Shown: in pieces, positions 1-13,388 of the stretch
Layout of the letters: each line of letters begins with the position of its first letter
Position numbering within the stretch: the first letter of the stretch is position 1
DNA from: Phoronis australis
Taxonomy: Eukaryota > Animalia > Phoronida
Reading direction: 5' to 3'
Assembly (NCBI GenBank): GCA_002633005.1
Contig: NMRA01000512.1
Coordinates: 66,540-130,539 of the forward strand
Length of the DNA stretch: 64,000 bases
Notes under the pieces: model-generated
What the model saw: only the letters and a program-made list of their open reading frames with translations
Told to the model about the DNA's origin: nothing
The model's database searches: none
Position numbers and translations under genes: made by a program

Positions 1-1325
1 CCGCTGGGACTGGCACGAACATAAACCAACTTGAGTTGGAAACTAAATCTCCAATCACGAAAAGACTACAATAGTGAGTCAAATAAATAATTTGCAAGTA
101 ATAATATGTGAATTAGCCACGAAACTGAAAAAATCTATTTATTTGTCGGGGGCCGCGAAGTCGGGTTCCCCTTCCACAGACCGTCAGGGGAAGGGTTGTA
201 CAGTAACAATCATAGGAATAATGTATTTGTATGTTTAAAAAAGATTCCTCTAACATGCGACCATAGCATATAAAATCGAGCAATTGTTTCACAACAGCTT
301 TCTGTCAGCAAACACTGGATCAGCATGCGCTCACATGGCCTCGGTGCCCGGTCAATTACCTTTATTGCCGACACATTTGAACTCACGAATACTGCAAATG
401 CATTACAAATTGTATCTAATGAGACAGACTTTGTTTCAGTTTTATATAAGCATTATAGAGGGGTGGGAATAATTCATTTTGAAACAGAACGCGGAGTAAA
501 CGTCTACATGGCAACTCGCCCGGTGCCAATCCCGACTTAGTCAAGAGCTCATCCGTCGAAGACTTCACGGGTCGGATCGTAAGGTTTCACAGGCTATCAA
601 ATCGGACCGGAATACATTGATCAAGAAATGCTAGAGAGGCGCTGTGAACATGCACAGGCAACGGAACGTATGGATAGTTCTTTGGTACGCCGGAATTCGT
701 CAGAGAAATCATTGTCGACGAAAAGCCGGCCACAGACACGGAGATGTTTCACGGCCTCATACTAGCTATTAACAGCGTACCTTTCAATCTTCACTACCGC
801 GAGCCACTTCCTAAGTATTTCGGGCTCTCGAGGAAGTCGAAAAAACGATATACCCTCTTTCTTCGCAGCTTCATAATTCGGACAAGCGGAAACGATGCAC
901 CGCAACATAGCGGCATTCCGCTCTGCAGACGAACCACTGACGCCGCTGCGTCGTTTCTTACCTTCCTCACAGGTTAACGCGACACCTCTCGGCAAGGTGA
1001 GGTCGACCGTATAAGAGGTGATGTGGATATAGACCGATTAAGACAGTAACAAATATTAATTAAATCGGGAGGCATTCTCCTTTAATATCCATCTTGTCAG
1101 TCAGCTATTTGTTGAATGACTGTGAGCGTGCGCTTTTATCTAAGTGGGGTGACGACACAGCTTTTCCTTCATGCGCATTTTAAAAAATGCGAATTTTCTA
1201 GAAATTCCCCTTACAGGGGAAAGGGAATAGCTCTGTAGTACATGTAGATGTTACGAGATGGTGCATTCATGAGGAATTGTTTAGAAGATATTTTTGACGA
1301 CCTTTCGCGTTCCATGCCTCTTTAA
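1..1325 (-). mobile_element. Probable end of a Kolobok-like DNA transposon containing the THAP remnant
   Basis: Minus strand reads TTAA|AGAGGCATGGAACGCG at 1325-1306 (TTAA target plus purine-purine terminus) just upstream of the THAP remnant. The other end is not visible in the window. Confidence 0.4.
620..908 (-). pseudogene. Disrupted THAP zinc-finger coding remnant (transposon-derived)
   Basis: MLRCIVSACPN...ISFFRLP.EPEILRKWL..., in-frame TAG at 762-764, then YEAVKHLRVCGRLFVDNDF in the same frame. This is the THAP C-x-C...P..W...C-x-x-H-F pattern with His replaced by Leu. Confidence 0.7.
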
Positions 1326-2715
1326 GGACACGTGAATTTTTTCACAGCACTTTGTACGTTCTCTATGAAAAATGGTTGTCCAACAAGATCAAATCTTAAA
1401 CATGACTACAGTTTTACTTGATGACAAACGTCCACCGTCAGGATGAATTATTGAACCAGCAAAAGCAAGTGAGAAATGAAGGGGACGCTTATGCTCCTGG
1501 CACAAATACTTCATAGATTTTATGGAAGTGACCTGGTGTTGCACCCTGAGCAAAGTTCTAACCCTACGCCTTGAGTTTGTAGTCAGTGAAAAGCAAAACG
1601 CCAAAAATAATTTCGAGCTCGATTTCGGATTTAATAGTTTATGGAATGCCCAACCCGGCTGAAATTGCGGACCTTAGGTGATATCGTGTTTCTCAACCGG
1701 CAACTACGAATGCTTTTTAGTGGTAGGGATTAAGCGCTTATGAGTTCCACCGCGCCGGTACTATTATGAACGGNTCTACCTTCCTTCTCCCTAGTGCGCG
1801 CATGTCATTGACCACGACATACATCACAGCGTAACTTTTCCAGACGGTGAGGGGTGCTGAACGTGCAATAACATCTGGCTCTTTTGTTAATTGCCCAGCT
1901 CAGTCTTTTGTCCCGTATGATGATAATAAGCAGGCCAATTATCTCCCAGGCTTCAATGGAACGTATGGTGGTCGCACGCTATTCCCCGACGCGTACTGAA
2001 CACAGTCAAAACCCAGCGCGTGCGTTAATCCGATCGTTTGGACAGAATAGATTGTCTTAACTTCTGTTGTAGTTTGGCGATTTTGGTGATTCAAAAACGG
2101 AACATGATCAGCAGTTGACAAGGAATTCAGAAATGGTGAAGCTCAAAATGTGACTCAGTTAATTTGGCATTTTCACTGGCAATCAGCCCAGCCCAGTCAC
2201 TGAGGTGAGGCTAGATACGATCTGATCGGAGATTAGAGCAATTATCAAACAAAAGAGCGCAGGCCCTCCAACCCGTAAATGCCAGAATGGAGTAAATCAG
2301 TCGTGTAAGATCTTGGCTACGGGGGTAAACTTCCCCGCCAACTTGTTGGGCTATATAATGGGAGCAACGGGATGTCCTTGCATGAACAGTAAATAACAAA
2401 ACAAAAGGCTACTCTATACTCGAATATGTATAGATGTAAGTAATTTATGGCCGTACACGTCTGTTCACAGTTTTAGTTAGCGATGAGTGGGTTTTTAACA
2501 AAGATCATTCGGCGTTAATCCCGAACCGTGTCGCTAATTCGGATATTTACGGTACCACTGGAGTTGCATTGCGCCATCTTTATTGCGAAATTTGTAAATA
2601 GTGACACGAGAGGTCAGCACTACGAGCACTGACCAATCAGAAATGAGATTTGCCAATGTTCCTGGAGTAAATAGAGAAGCCATCTTTGTTGTGTCAATTC
2701 TTTCGCAAGTTTACG

Positions 2716-5700
2716 ATGTCTGGGTTCCAAACGTGCGGTCCTAACGAGGCCTTAGTGGTGTCAGGTACTTCTTATTTAGATTTAGCAATACATATCCTGT
2801 GACCGAATGTCAGTAAATTCATCGCACGGCCTGATGGTTACCTGTTTTGACCAAAAACATTTGTAGCCCTGGCAAATTTCGGTCCCCGTGAATTCAGAGT
2901 CAGACTAACATTGATCATTGATGCCCTAAGACCTAATTAATCAGAACTCGAAATTCTTTCGATTGCTGGAGAACTGATGTGGTGTGACCATTCAATGCGT
3001 AGTTTGGGACTTCCCGAAATGATCATATAGGTGATGCAGTGCTAATTTGGCTGTGAAAGGACTTCTTGTTAAATTTGTTTCTAGGGTTAGGCGTGGGAGT
3101 GGCGTTTAGAATACTAGACACCCATTGAGTGGCATGGATGGTGAAAACTGCAGTAGGCAAATCGATTCTTTTGCCACGAAGTGACTTGATAAAGTCTTGC
3201 AATTGTTGTGAAATTCAGGTTCCAAGTTTGACGTTAAGAGCCCTTTTTAGAAATCGCTTGCCAAGTCTTGCTTGTGTCAGTTGCCTCTTGACTGAACCAC
3301 AGGCGTCCTCAGCTTTTGATCGTCCCCAATACACTATATATACCAGTGGCGGATCTAGTTTATCACAAGGGAGGGCCCAACATTTTGTCCGGCTGTAAGC
3401 ATTTGCGCAAACTGAACCATGATTGTAGATGCGCATAGGGNNNNNNNNNNNNNNNNNNNNNNNNNNNNNNNNNNNNNNNNNNNNNNNNNNNNNNNNNNNN
3501 NNNNNNNNNNNNNNNNNNNNNNNNNNNNNNNNNNNNNNNNNNNNNNNNNNNNNNNNNNNNNNNNNNNNNNNNNNNNNNNNNNNNNNNNNNNNNNNNNNNN
3601 NNNNNNNNNNNNNNNNNNNNNNNNNNNNNNNNNNNNNNNNNNNNNNNNNNNNNNNNNNNNNNNNNNNNNNNNNNNNNNNNNNNNNNNNNNNNNNNNNNNN
3701 NNNNNNNNNNNNNNNNNNNNNNNNNNNNNNNNNNNNNNNNNNNNNNNNNNNNNNNNNNNNNNNNNNNNNNNNNNNNNNNNNNNNNNNNNNNNNNNNNNNN
3801 NNNNNNNNNNNNNNNNNNNNNNNNNNNNNNNNNNNNNNNNNNNNNNNNNNNNNNNNNNNNNNNNNNNNNNNNNNNNNNNNNNNNNNNNNNNNNNNNNNNN
3901 NNNNNNNNNNNNNNNNNNNNNNNNNNNNNNNNNNNNNNNNNNNNNNNNNNNNNNNNNNNNNNNNNNNNNNNNNNNNNNNNNNNNNNNNNNNNNNNNNNNN
4001 NNNNNNNNNNNNNNNNNNNNNNNNNNNNNNNNNNNNNNNNNNNNNNNNNNNNNNNNNNNNNNNNNNNNNNNNNNNNNNNNNNNNNNNNNNNNNNNNNNNN
4101 NNNNNNNNNNNNNNNNNNNNNNNNNNNNNNNNNNNNNNNNNNNNNNNNNNNNNNNNNNNNNNNNNNNNNNNNNNNNNNNNNNNNNNNNNNNNNNNNNNNN
4201 NNNNNNNNNNNNNNNNNNNNNNNNNNNNNNGCGGGGCGGGCCCCCTGGCCTCCCCCCCTAAATCCGCCTATATATACTACAAGGTATGACACTCCGGACT
4301 AGAAATTCCACGGGTGCTTCACTTCAGCCGTCCATAGCAAACATAAGTTTACACAAAACAGAGGCTCAACAAACCATGAAGAATTGTTCTTTCTCCCAAT
4401 ACCATTTACGGTCTCCTGCTCCCCCGAATTCGCAAAAATTCGCGGTCAAAGCACAGAAATCTTCCCAAAAAGCTTGTCCAGAGCAACTCCTTGGTCCCAT
4501 GTGTAGGGCACAGTATTATCAGATGAGTTACGAATGTACGGCATTTGCCGATTAATCACGGAAAGTCACGGCATCGATAACTGTAGTGTATATAGTGTAT
4601 TGACTATTGGGGACGATCAGAAACTGAGGACGCCTGTGGACCGAACAGTTTCGTTTGGCTCTTAACTCTCACGCCGACAGCCTGTATTCAATACCTGTCA
4701 AAGACGTGTGGAGTTTTCCACACAATTAATGTTACAGTATTAAGATGAATGTACAGAGAGCAGCTCAGATTTGAAGGGAAGAATTCTCATGTTTTTCATA
4801 GGGGCATAAGAGAAAAGTGACTTAATGGTTTTGCTGTAGAAAAACCATTCTGAATTTTTATAGTCCTGGTCAGCTTTAAGTTGATGCTGCCTTAGTTAAG
4901 TTTTTTAAGACAACAGCAAAGTGAAAATCCTTGCAATTGGAAGTTTGGACATTTTGGATTTGCTCTTACTTAACATTTTCAGGTTTAGTACTTTTGTTTG
5001 TAATTGTCAGCCGCCAGATGTCACCATAACATGGATCATTTTAGAAAAAAACATAGCTCTGGGCTCATTGACTGGCCACAAGGCCTCAAATATATAGGTG
5101 AATTTGGAGGACCTATGGTTCATGTGTTTTCTTTCCTTTTTCAATTCATTTGGGGAGCCATTGAGATGTATGTGACATCATCAGCAATTCGTGATTGATC
5201 TACCTGGCAAACTGCATTTCAAATAACCAAACAGATCAGCTCAGTTGAGCAATAGAAAATTAGGAGTGTGATCAACTGATATCTCTCACAGGCTCACCTA
5301 AGGGAAAATGTGTAGATGATTGGCACAAGTTTTCTGTACATGACTCCATAATGGGCCCTCCTGAATTTTGCCAAATGAATCTTACTTCCATCTGAAACTG
5401 TAGTATTAGAAGTGCGTGCTCAGATTTCTGCATGCCTTCTTTGTGGCAGCCTGGATATTTTTACTAGTTCTGTAAACAAAATCTGACCTTTAATTAGCAA
5501 CTTGCGGGTTGTTCCCCCAAATCGAGTGTTGTGTCTACTTGATTTATGTTGACAAGAGACTTTCCTTATATCTATTTGTCAATGGTTTAGATTTAACGAA
5601 TAAATGACCTGTGACTAAATTGTCAAACTTACTGTGATGACATTGTTTTAAAATCTCTAGAGTGTCTTTGAAAACATTTCTCACTCTTGTGAATATTTCT

Positions 5701-8700
5701 GCAGGCTGTTGCTACTCCCAGCCCCACCTGGTGGCAGGGGGCCGAGTATTTGTCTGGCCATGCCTTCAGAGGCTTGATCGTATTTCGCTGAACACCATGA
5801 CTCTAATCGTAGAGAGTCCCAACGTCTACACTCAACTAGGCGTGGCTATCTCTGTGACTGGAATTGCACAGGTGAGCATTGTTAAACATGGCCACTGGAG
5901 TCAAGTTCCCGTTTCTCGTCTGTAAACCTAACTGCAAGACTCCACTCGAAAATTGTCCAGCGGCAGTTATGTGTGCGTGTTGTTTGACAGAAATGTAACT
6001 CGTAATATGTCACATAGTCAAACAGCTTCGAGTTAAAGGCAGTCTTCAGTTTTCACATTATTAAATTGGTTAGACTCTATTTTTTGAATTTTTTTGTTCC
6101 AATTATGGAAATTTTGTGAGATGACTTTTTTACTAAGTTGTATCAATTCCGCGGAAAATCTGTGTTAGCCGTTTTCAGCCCTATTGATTTTCAACCTTTG
6201 AGTAGTTTTGAACACAATTTCTCTCTAGTGCATGGGTTGATTCATACTAAATTTTGCACCGCACAATTATGGCATATTACCAACTAATAGGGAACTGTGT
6301 CTCAGATTTCTTTATTACTCTTCAAAAAGGGTGTCTTGTCTGTAAAGAACAAATACTTGTGATGATGTTTTAAGAAGAGACCTTGATGGCTTATATCTAT
6401 TTTAATGTTAAATCAGAAATCTGAGACAGGTTTCCTTCACATTGACAATAAGAACTTACAAAGATTTTTAGAAATTCATGTTAAAAATGAGATTTTCCAA
6501 AATAGGGCTATGTGAAAATTTTTGAGGTATTCATTTTGATTTTCCTTTATATGGGATTCAGCAACAATATATTTAAGACTTGGAAATGAACAGTTTTAAA
6601 CTTATTTGCTGAAACATGAAAGGGCGTCACTCAGGTTGATATTTACCTCAAGTTTGGTATTCTTGGATCCTCGTGTCGGGAAGTTTTTAAATTGGCACTT
6701 GTCTTATTTGGACTATGGCCCTAAAACACAGGATTAAGTGGGCTCAAATAACCTGTGTAGGATAGCACTCAAACTTTGCATGATGAGATTGATTTTTGAA
6801 GTAGAAATTTGGAATATTGGTTTGCTAGGTCCCTGTAGATTTCGTAATGTGCTTTTGATTGAGGTAAAGATCATGTGCCTTGAGCATGACAGTAGGGAGT
6901 CAACTGTGTGATCTCATTAAGAACTGTTGCCAAGGCAATGTTTGCTTTTCCAGGGAAACTCTTAGTACTATTAGCATGTGTAGAGTATGGGCATGGGTTG
7001 AAGTGTCAATAGGCAACTTTTAATCATGCTAAACCATGTATGCCTCCATTGTATACAGGTGAAGATCCAAGGACAGAATGAAGAGATGCTGGCAGCAGCC
7101 TGCCAACAGTTCCTTGGCAAGGCTGACCGTGAGATCCAGCAGATCGCACTAGAGACTCTGGAGGGTCACCAGCGTGCTATCATGGGTAACATGACTGTGG
7201 AGGTGAGTGTGGGTTGTGGGAGGGACAGGTAGCGGGGTATAGGGGCACAAGAGGTAGTGTAGTGAGCGTGGCTTCCAATAGATGGCGCTAGGGAAAGTTG
7301 AGGGTAACCAATGGGTTATTGTGGGAGGGAAGAACAGTTTACTGGGAAGACAAGGTAGACGTGAGGTGGTACAGAGAGCATGGAACTCAACAGATGGCGC
7401 TAGAGATACAGGAGAGTCACCAACAGGCTATCATAGGCATCACAACTGTTCAAGTGACTGGGGGTTAGAGGTGGTAGGAAAGGTAGGGGAGGCTGGGCAG
7501 ATGTTATGACAAACATGAGGTCAAGCAGATGGTGCTACTAGAAACATTGAAGGGTCGCTTTGGGCATTATCATAGTGTAGGTGAGTGGTACATGTATGGG
7601 ATTTGGGTGTGGGAAGTGGGTCTGTAAGTCGTTCACCACCAGGTATCATAATGATCCTTGCAAGTTCTCAGATGTGCCATCGTGGAAAGCATGGCTGTGG
7701 AGGCATGACAGACCAGAAGGGACAATTGTGTGGCAAGGGGCAGACAGCGAAGGGATGATTGTGTGGCAAGGGGCAGACAGGGAAGGGATGATTGTGTGGC
7801 AAGGGGCAGACGGGAGGGAGATGGAGTGTAGGAGCATGAAAAACTTTCTCTTTATTGATGTTGAGTTATGTGAGAAATTTGAATTTCGGCCCCAGTGACT
7901 CACTAACTGAGCACTGAGTGAAGACGTGGGTCCAAGTTTTTTTCAAAGGTTCTGAAAATCGGCAAGTTGTGATCTTGAGAGGAAAATGAGTCCTGTTTGC
8001 CTGCCCCACCAGTACAGTACTGTTAAGAACGACTTAGAGACTTGACTACCTCGTAAGTTGTGTATGTCAATTTCTAATCGCAGGAAATCTACAAGGATCG
8101 CAAGAAGTTCTCCAAGGCCGTGTTTGAAGTGGCCTCGTCTGATTTGGTCAACATGGGCATTAGCGTGGTCAGTTATACCCTGAAGGACATTCGTGATGAA
8201 GAGGTAGGCCACTACTAAGACTATATCTGTGTTGTATGGGAATGTGTGTAAGGGGATTCAGTGTTCTTGTGCATTGTTGACGATACATGCCAAAAGTAAT
8301 GGGACACAAGGACCCTCAGTTTCCCATTGTGGCAGCTAAGCGCAAGTAGAACTCTGTCATGACGGCTGAGCGCATGTGAGTGTCTGGTGGCACGTGTAAT
8401 TCGCTTCAGTGACATCATGGCGGGTATTTTGTCTGTTTACTTATGGCATGTACTGTAGATCCATGGCATGTACTGTAGATCCATGGCATGTACTGTAGAT
8501 CCATGGCATGTACTGTAGGTCCATGGCATGTACTGTAGATCCAGCACCAATTACTGATCCACTTGACACCCATTTTTCAAGCCAGTGATGAAAACCTCGG
8601 TATCACGAAATTGATGCTCTCCCCTGAAAGAATGGTTTGTGTTATTGACCTACTTTACAACATGTTGGGTAGACATGGAGATGAAGTGGGCATACATACT

Positions 8701-11700
8701 GGGATGCTGTTCCAGTTCGTCAGTTGCTTGGTGTCATTGCTACCAGCACTGGAATTTACATAAAACATCTCGACGCATGAATATAATGTAATGTTGAGGA
8801 ATAGTGTCTCGCATGGCAGCGTGTGTTAGATTGGGGGAAGTACAGTCGACTGTGGCACTGTGGTATTTCAAAACGAGCTCATCGTCCATGATTGTATTTA
8901 TTTGTTGATGCGATTGCTGCATTTTTTGTCCGTTTCTGGTGAATGAATTTATTGAAACAATGGGTAAATTGTGGAATTTTCCATAGCTTTTGTTTTTTCT
9001 CGTCAACTTTTCTAAAATCCTGGGAGTTTTTTTACTAGTATTTTAGTATAATAGTAAGTTAGCTACGTTAAGTGCAGTGTCATAATCGCTCTGTGTTTGT
9101 CTATGGACAGGGTTACCTGAAGTCCCTAGGTATGGCCAGAACAGCACAGGTGAAGAGAGATGCCAGGATTGGCGAGGCTGAGGCCAAGAGAGACGCAGGC
9201 ATCAAGGTAATTGTCAATGACTGAAGATTATGCACTAGTTGGGCTGATGTTAGGCTAAAAAGTGTTATCGTATTTATCTGTGATTAAACGGGGGATGGAT
9301 TCAGTGTGACGTTTATGTTCTGAATTTTGCAAAATCGTTCAACCTTATTAGAGGATGTGCACGGTCACATGTCAGTGGAAGCATCTTTGGTGTTTGTTGG
9401 GTCTTAGCAGTAGTTTACATTGAGTGATTGTTCAGTGAAACCTGCATCAACGCGGTAATAAACCCAAGTTTCCTGTCGCAAATAAATTTCGTGAATTAGT
9501 CATTTGCTCTGTGAGGATGGATTCACTCGTGAACTTTGCTTTTGACCACTAAACTTTTCGTGACACAGAAATTGTACGAACACATTACTAGACTTTTGAA
9601 AGTGTGTCTCCCGATTGGTCAACTGTCGATTTGAGTGTTGATGAACATTTGATTTTCAGTTTATTTGAAAATGTTCCATATAACAGCTACGCATTGTTAT
9701 TTTGTTTTTCCGTTCAACAGGAGGCCATAGCTGAGGAACAGAGGATGGCGGCGCGATTCATCAACGACACCGAGATAGCCAAGGCTCAGCGGGACTTTGA
9801 GTTGAAGAAAGCGGCTTACGACATGGAAGTACACACAAAGAAGGCGGAGTCAGAGCTGGCGTATGACTTGCAGGTAGGACCAAAGGAGTCAAAATTAGTG
9901 CCCCAGGGATTTCTATTTTAGTAAAATCTCACCAATTTAGGACTCAATATTTGAAATTTCATTTTACTCGTTTTTGTCGTAAAAGATACGTGGCACCATA
10001 TTAACGCTTTGTCATATGAAGTTCTATGTGGTGAATGCCACCAGACGACATTTTGAAAATTTTGGAACATTCAAAGCAATGTAAGGAGCCCTTGGAAAAG
10101 AGAAAATGTGATTTTGTCAATTTCTTTTGTCTGTGTTTGTTAAGATTTTACTGTAATGCTTTACCTAGACGTTACCATTCATCTAAATTTCTGATCGTAG
10201 ACTTGTGTATTTGTTATGTCAACGAAGGCGATTTGTTCACTTTATTAGGGGTCGAGGTACTTTCCCTGTTTTAGATATCCATGAGGAAAGCCTTCCTTGA
10301 ACAGATTTCTGTTATGGAAAATGTGTGTGTCAGCCCAGACGATTCCAGCAATACTTTATCAACATGAGAAAACACTATTTAATCATGCAAACATAGGCTA
10401 ATCAGATGATACGTGAAATAGCTTTTTTGTGGCGTACTGCATCACCATGAGATCAAAAAACTACCATGTTACAGTTAAGAATTCAACATTCGCAGCTAAA
10501 CAGTGATGAAATGTCCCTTTAAATGGTTGATGCTTGTTGGTGGTGTGCCAAGGCAAAATGCTTTTGAAAACAACCAGATCTGATCTTAACCTAGTATCAT
10601 CAGAGCTTTCCTTTCGTCTGATGACGAGCTTCCGTTTGTTGGCATGCTGCCAAGACAAAATGTTGTTGCAGAAGTGAAATTCAATCTGACCTAACACTGT
10701 ATAGTCGTACCCTTTCCTGGCCTACCTTTTCTCTTTTCTCAACTCCCCTTCCCTTGCTGATCGTCTGCTGTTTGTTGGCAGGCTGCCAAGACGAAGCAGA
10801 AGATCAAGGAGGAGCAGATGCAGATCAAGGTTGTGGAGAGGTCGCAGCAGATCCAGGTTCAAGAGCAGGAGATCATGAGGCGTGAGCGTGAACTCGACTC
10901 GACTGTTCGCAAGCCAGCGGAGGCCGAGAAGTACAAGCTGGAGAAGCTGGCTGAGGCCAACAGGTGGCGTGAATGTTGCATTTATGCTAGTACTTTGCAT
11001 TTGCCTCGCTTGTGTTTTGCAAAAGAGAAGACGTCTTGCATGTTTATGTTTGAGATCTTTTGGGTTTTGAAAACGTCAATGACCAAGTGTCTTGTATTTA
11101 AATCATGAATATTCATGATCTCTTAGTTTAAATTGCCCTTGTTAATCAAGTATTTGTTTCTGTTTAATATAGTTATTCATGTCTTCATATCTTGTATATA
11201 AGTGTTTGCATATTCTTGCATATGTCTGTTATGACTACGAAATTGATGTCAGGAATAAGGAGTTGTGTACTATTTGGCTATTCATTAAGTGTTTGACTGC
11301 TTCTGCCGATTGTTTTAGCAGTGGGTTTCTTTGTACCTGTATTTATAACACAGGTGATGTTCATTTCACAGGAACCGTGTTATTCTGGAGGCAGAAGCCA
11401 GTGCCGAGTCTGTGCAGGTGAGTAAAGAGTGATGAATATTGAGTTGCTTGACTCTCAGTTATCAACGTGGGCTTCGCTTTGTTCAGCTTAATGATGATAG
11501 TGTGCTTCTGTGTGTTTATCTCATTCGATGGTCAATTTTGAGATTGCTTGAAAATGGCTATATTATTACATAGTAACATGGAGTCACGACTTTACTTAAA
11601 TAACTGTATATACAAACAGCATATTCATGAATATCCCCAGCAACATGGGCTTATTCTCACTTTTTCAAAAATTGCTACGAGGCAGCCAATTCCTTTTATT

Positions 11701-13388
11701 AAATAATACTTGTTTCCTGACTTCTATAGGTAGTGTTACAAAATTTCCTAATATTTTTAAATGATAATTAATCATATCTGTTATGGCTTGGTAACTCTTA
11801 AATGTTTCTATTTGCCACGTACAAAAGCAAAATGATTTTCATCTTCGACATAGCTATCATTACAAACTTTGTAGCAATGAACAGTGTTAGATGCAAGATG
11901 ACTAGTAATGGCATCTGTGGGTGTCGAGCTGTTTGACTTCGTTAAGGTTTGATGTGAGCTTCAGTTTGTCAACAACTTTTTGCAAAGATCAGTTTTGCAA
12001 GTCTCCAATCCCCACTGCCTAATCTACTCACAATAGCCGGAGATGACGTCCGAAAACGTTAACAAATAGTCTCGCTTCATAAGGCTTACTGGGATTGGTT
12101 GAATCGAGATGCGATGAGATGTTCAATCCTATTCTTCTCTTTTGCTGTAAAGGTCAAAGGTGAAGCCGAAGCCTTCGCCATTGAGGCTAAGGCCAAGGCC
12201 GAGGCAGAACAGATGGCAAAGAAGGCCAATGCATGGAAAGACTACCAGGATGCTGCTATGATTGACATGGTGTTGGAAACCCTGCCCAAGGTAGGTGTGA
12301 CTTAGCTGTGCAGACAGTTGTGATTGGCTTCAGGCAAAGTAGGCGTGTCCTTGTCATGGAGACGGTCGGGATTGCCATGGTAATGAAGATCATTCTCAAA
12401 GTCAATGTTGGATGTTGCCAGTTGGTGGACAATTTATTCTTGACTTAACATAACACGAAGAAAAATGTGGAGAATATTGTTTATGAGTTTTTCAGTCAAT
12501 GAGCTAAAGCTCTTTGTTCGTGTATTGGTGGGTGCCAACCAGTCACAGTAGCGAACTTTGAGATTTTGTAGTCCATACTTAGTGCACTGTGTGTCTTTGT
12601 GAATACATGGATTTTAAATCATCACAGGCTTTCGTTTTCCTAAATGATTTTCAAAGGCAATAAAAATCTTACATTGTAAAGCGGGTGCTGTAAAGAAAAA
12701 ATATGTTATTTAAGATTGGCATTACTGTTAAGAAACCAATGTTGAGTCTGTTTTTGCCACCAGGTTGCAGCTGAAGTTGCGGCGCCATTGTCACAGTGTA
12801 AGAAAGTCACCATGGTTGCCAGCGGTAACAGCGAAGTGGGCGCGGCCAGACTGACAGGAGAGGTACTGGACATCATGGAGAAACTGCCAAAGATGGTGGA
12901 AGGCATGACTGGGGTCAATATTGGCAAGGTGAGAGTGTGGTCGGTGTCTCTTGAGTGAGGGGGGGGGGCGTTAAATGTGTGCAACCCGCCAGTTGTTGAA
13001 TGACATAATACTTCATGGATGATCACTCTGTAAATACCACGAGGTTCATGTTGAACGTGGTAGCTCTTTTTTTAAAAATGTTTAGAACACAAACTTACTC
13101 CTATGTTTTACACGAAAGCATTACATTTGTCACAAATAACGACTTTGTATTTAATTCATGGATTATGCTTCACTTTAGACAAAAGTAAAAAATTTAGCTT
13201 CCGTTCTCTGCATCTGAGAACATTGTGTGAAATGCCTTCCTATCGTGATTCGTCATGAACTTCTGAGCTCTTGTACACGCCCGCAGCCGACGTGTTAGTG
13301 CAGCAAAATCATTGCATGTCGTTTCTTTTATGTAAATGTGACAGTTTACCTTTTGTTACAGGCAATGCAAGGTGCCACAAGACACTAA
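2716..13388 (+). CDS. FLOT1: Flotillin-1 (reggie-2), 11 coding exons
   Basis: GT-AG exons with consistent phase: 2716-2764, 5705-5871, 7059-7202, 8084-8203, 9111-9206, 9721-9873, 10782-10963, 11372-11417, 12153-12290, 12764-12928, 13362-13388. Protein [17 protein letters not shown]...[12 protein letters not shown]...[13 protein letters not shown]...AMQGATRH*; SPFH plus flotillin coiled coil with FLOT1-type motifs. Confidence 0.95.
3298..4638. mobile_element. Non-autonomous TIR DNA transposon (hAT/P-like) in FLOT1 intron 1
   Basis: ~34-bp TIR CACAGGCGTCCTCAGYTTYTGATCGTCCCCAATA at both ends; 8-bp TSD gactgaac (3290-3297) / gaccgaac (4639-4646). Confidence 0.8.
3344..4269. mobile_element. Nested hAT-like element spanning the assembly gap
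   Basis: Ends CAGTGGCGGAT... and ...ATCCGCCT, flanked by atatatac on both sides; interior is mostly N (3441-4230). Confidence 0.5.
7725..7812. repeat. 33-bp tandem repeat, ~3 copies
   Basis: Unit attgtgtggcaaggggcagacagsgaagggatg. Confidence 0.9.
8443..8542. repeat. 20-bp minisatellite, 5 copies
   Basis: Unit atggcatgtactgtagatcc. Confidence 0.95.

Noticed and set aside
3363-4292. Long ORFs of 280-309 aa (also 59185-60070)
   Set aside because: They are runs of N (assembly gaps).
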